Shown here piece after piece: positions 8,501 through 9,693 of a stretch of 9,693 nucleotides of DNA. Numbering within the stretch: the stretch's first letter is position 1; each line of letters opens with the position of its first letter. A model generated the notes under the pieces. That model did no database searches and was not told the origin of the DNA. It was given only the letters and a program-made list of their open reading frames with translations. This DNA comes from a virus (lineage: Duplodnaviria; Heunggongvirae; Uroviricota; Caudoviricetes), in IMG/VR virus record IMGVR_UViG_2554235125_000002; one strand, written 5' to 3'. Made by a program: the position numbers and the translations under genes.

Positions 8501-9050
8501 GACACCGGACGGGCGGCTGACGGCGAAAAATGCCGATATTAGCGGTAACGTGAATGCGAACTCCGGGACGCTCAACAACGTCACGATTAACGAGAACTGC
8601 CGGGTTCTGGGAAAACTGTCCGCGAACCAGATTGAAGGCGATCTCGTTAAAACAGTGGGCAAAGCTTTCCCCCGGGACTCCCGTGCACCGGAGCGGTGGC
8701 CATCAGGGACCATTACCGTCAGGGTTTATGACGATCAGCCGTTTGACCGGCAAATTGTTATTCCGGCGGTGGCATTCAGTGGCGCTAAACATGAGCAAGA
8801 TCATACTGATATCTACTCCTCATGCCGTCTGATAGTACGAAAAAACGGTGCTGAAATTTATAACCGAACGGCTCTGGATAATACGCTGATATATACGGGT
8901 GTTATTGATATGCCTGCAGGCAGTGGTGTAATGACACTGGAATTTTCTGTATCGGCATGGCTGGTAAATGGCTGGTATCCCACAGCAAGTATCAGCGATT
9001 TGCTGGTTGTGGTGATGAAGAAAGCCACTGCAGGCATCATGATTAGCTGA
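5571..9050 (+). CDS. J: Central tail fibre / host specificity protein J (1159 aa)
   Basis: The 1159-aa ORF starts [54 protein letters not shown]..., recognised as lambda gpJ. The N-terminal ~800 aa appear near-identical to lambda J as I recall it. The C-terminal ~340 aa diverge but keep the conserved block ...[45 protein letters not shown].... Stop TGA at 9048-9050. Confidence 0.95.
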   Translation: MGKGSSKGHTPREAKDNLKSSQMLSVIDAISEGPVEGPVDGLKSVLLNSTPVLDSEGNTNISGVTVVFRAGEQEQTPPEGFESSGSETVLGTEVKYDTQITRTITSANIDRLRFTFGVQALVETTSKGDRNPSEVRLLVQIQRNGGWVTEKDITIKGKTTSQYLASVVVDNLPPRPFNIRMRRMTPDSTTDQLQNKTLWSSYTEIIDVKQCYPNTALVGVQVDSEQFGSQQVSRNYHLRGRILQVPSNYNPQTRQYSGIWDGTFKPAYSNNMAWCLWDMLTHPRYGMGKRLGAADVDKWTLYVIGQYCDQSVPDGFGGTEPRITCNAYLTTQRKAWDVLSDFCSAMRCMPVWNGQTLTFVQDRPSDKVWIYNRSNVVMPDDGAPFRYSFSALKDRHNAVEVNWIDPDNGWETATELVEDTQAIPRYGRNVTKMDAFGCTSRGQAHRAGLWLIKTELLETQTVDFSVGAEGLRHVPGDVIEICDDDYAGISTGGRVLAVNSQTRTLTLDREITLPSSGTTLISLVDGSGNPVSVEVQSVTDGVKVKVSRVPDGVAEYSVWGLKLPTLRQRLFRCVSIRENDDGTYAITAVQHVPEKEAIVDNGAHFDGDQSGTVNGVTPPAVQHLTAEVTADSGEYQVLARWDTPKVVKGVSFMLRLTVAADDGSERLVSTARTTETTYRLRQLALGNYRLTVRAVNAWGQQGDPASVSFRIAAPAAPSRIELTPGYFQITATPHLAVYDPTVQFEFWFSEKRVADTRQVETSARYLGTGLYWIAASINIKPGHDYSFYIRSVNTVGKSAFVEAVGQPSDDASGYLNFFKGEIGKTHLAQELWTQIDNGQLAPDLAEIRTSITDVSNEITQTVNKKLEDQSAAIQQIQKVQVDTNNNLNSMWAVKLQQMQDGRLYIAGIGAGIENTPDGMQSQVLLAADRIAMINPANGNTKPMFVGQGDQIFMNEVFLKYLTAPTITSGGNPPAFSLTPDGRLTAKNADISGNVNANSGTLNNVTINENCRVLGKLSANQIEGDLVKTVGKAFPRDSRAPERWPSGTITVRVYDDQPFDRQIVIPAVAFSGAKHEQDHTDIYSSCRLIVRKNGAEIYNRTALDNTLIYTGVIDMPAGSGVMTLEFSVSAWLVNGWYPTASISDLLVVVMKKATAGIMIS

Positions 9051-9068
9051 ATTTTATAACCCAGATAC

Positions 9069-9097
9069 GGGCGCCAGAAATGGCGCCTTTTTTATTT
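9069..9097 (+). terminator. Rho-independent terminator after J
   Basis: GC-rich hairpin GGCGCC-agaaat-GGCGCC (9070-9087) is immediately followed by TTTTTTATTT (9088-9097), 20 nt downstream of the J stop. Confidence 0.75.
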
Positions 9098-9108
9098 GTG
9101 GAGTGAAT

Positions 9109-9693
9109 ATGGCAGTACAGATTTCAGGTGTGCTGAAAGATGGTGCGGGAAAACCAATACAGAACTGCACTATTCAACTGAAGGCAAAGCGTAACAGCAC
9201 CACGGTACTGGTGAACACGGTGGCCTCTGAAAATCCGGATGAAGCCGGGCGTTACAGCATGGATGTTGAGCATGGCCAGTACAGCGTCACCCTGCTGGTT
9301 GAAGGTTTTCCGCCTTCACATGCCGGAACCATTACCGTCTATGAAGGTTCCAGACCAGGTACGCTGAATGATTTTCTCGGTGCCATGACGGAAGATGATG
9401 TCATGCCGGAGGCATTGCGTCGTTTTGAGGCAATGGTGGAAGAAGCGGCACGCAACGCCGAAGCCGCCTCTCAGAGCGCAGCGGCGGCAAAGAAATCCGA
9501 AACTGCAGCGGCATCATCGAAGAACGCGGCGAAAACCTCAGAAACGAATGCAGCTAACAGCGCACAGGCGGCAGCGTCCTCGCAGACTGCATCGGCAAAC
9601 TCCGCGACAGCAGCCAAAAAATCAGAAACCAACGCGAAAAACAGCGAGACAGCCGCAAAGACGAGCGAAACCAACGCAAAGTCCAGCCAGACG
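9109..9693 (+). CDS. stf: Side tail fibre protein (Stf-like), N-terminal part; 3' end lies outside the window
   Basis: ATG at 9109 with SD GGAG (9099-9102). The product MAVQISGVLKDGAGKPIQNCTIQLKAKRNSTTVLVNTVASENPDEAGRYSMDVEHGQYSVTLLVEGFPPSHAGTITVYEGSRPGTLNDFLGAMTEDD... is recognised as the conserved N-terminal domain of lambda Stf. It is followed by an Ala/Ser/Thr/Lys-rich quasi-repeat region (KKSETAAASSKNAAKTSETNA...). The frame is open to the window end. Confidence 0.85.
   Translation, partial: MAVQISGVLKDGAGKPIQNCTIQLKAKRNSTTVLVNTVASENPDEAGRYSMDVEHGQYSVTLLVEGFPPSHAGTITVYEGSRPGTLNDFLGAMTEDDVMPEALRRFEAMVEEAARNAEAASQSAAAAKKSETAAASSKNAAKTSETNAANSAQAAASSQTASANSATAAKKSETNAKNSETAAKTSETNAKSSQT

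Noticed and set aside
9471-9674. 67-aa Ala-rich ORF on the minus strand
   Set aside because: It is the reverse complement of the Ala/Ser-rich repeat tract of stf. Shadow ORF.
1-9693. A cargo or defence locus, or another novel system, embedded in the tail module
   Set aside because: Every stretch of the window is accounted for by collinear lambda-like tail genes with overlapping or near-abutting boundaries. The only intergenic gaps (5511-5570 and 9051-9108) are under 60 nt and hold hairpins. There is no unexplained coding capacity.

Overview
This window is the tail morphogenesis module of a lambda-like (lambdoid) siphophage or prophage, collinear with phage lambda's late operon and entirely on the + strand: G (3' end), T (expressed by -1 frameshift from G), H (tape measure), M, L, K, I, J (central tail fibre), then the 5' part of a side-tail-fibre (stf-like) gene. 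Gene identities rest on my recognition of the translated proteins as close lambda homologues; no search was run. Genes are tightly packed with short overlaps (T/H, H/M, M/L, K/I) and only two intergenic gaps, each holding a stem-loop (I-J, and a strong intrinsic terminator J-stf). All minus-strand ORFs in the track lie antisense to these genes and are treated as shadow ORFs. I do not see an undescribed biological system here; there is no unexplained coding space. Points worth a second look: (1) a perfect in-frame 30-bp tandem duplication inside L, flanked by 8-bp microhomology; (2) the G-T slippery heptamer GGGAAAG; (3) K most likely starts at ATG 4198 (247 aa), not at the internal Met that gives 199 aa; (4) the C-terminal third of J and the stf-like gene look diverged from lambda, which would be the host-range mosaic region; (5) no lom-like gene sits between J and stf.
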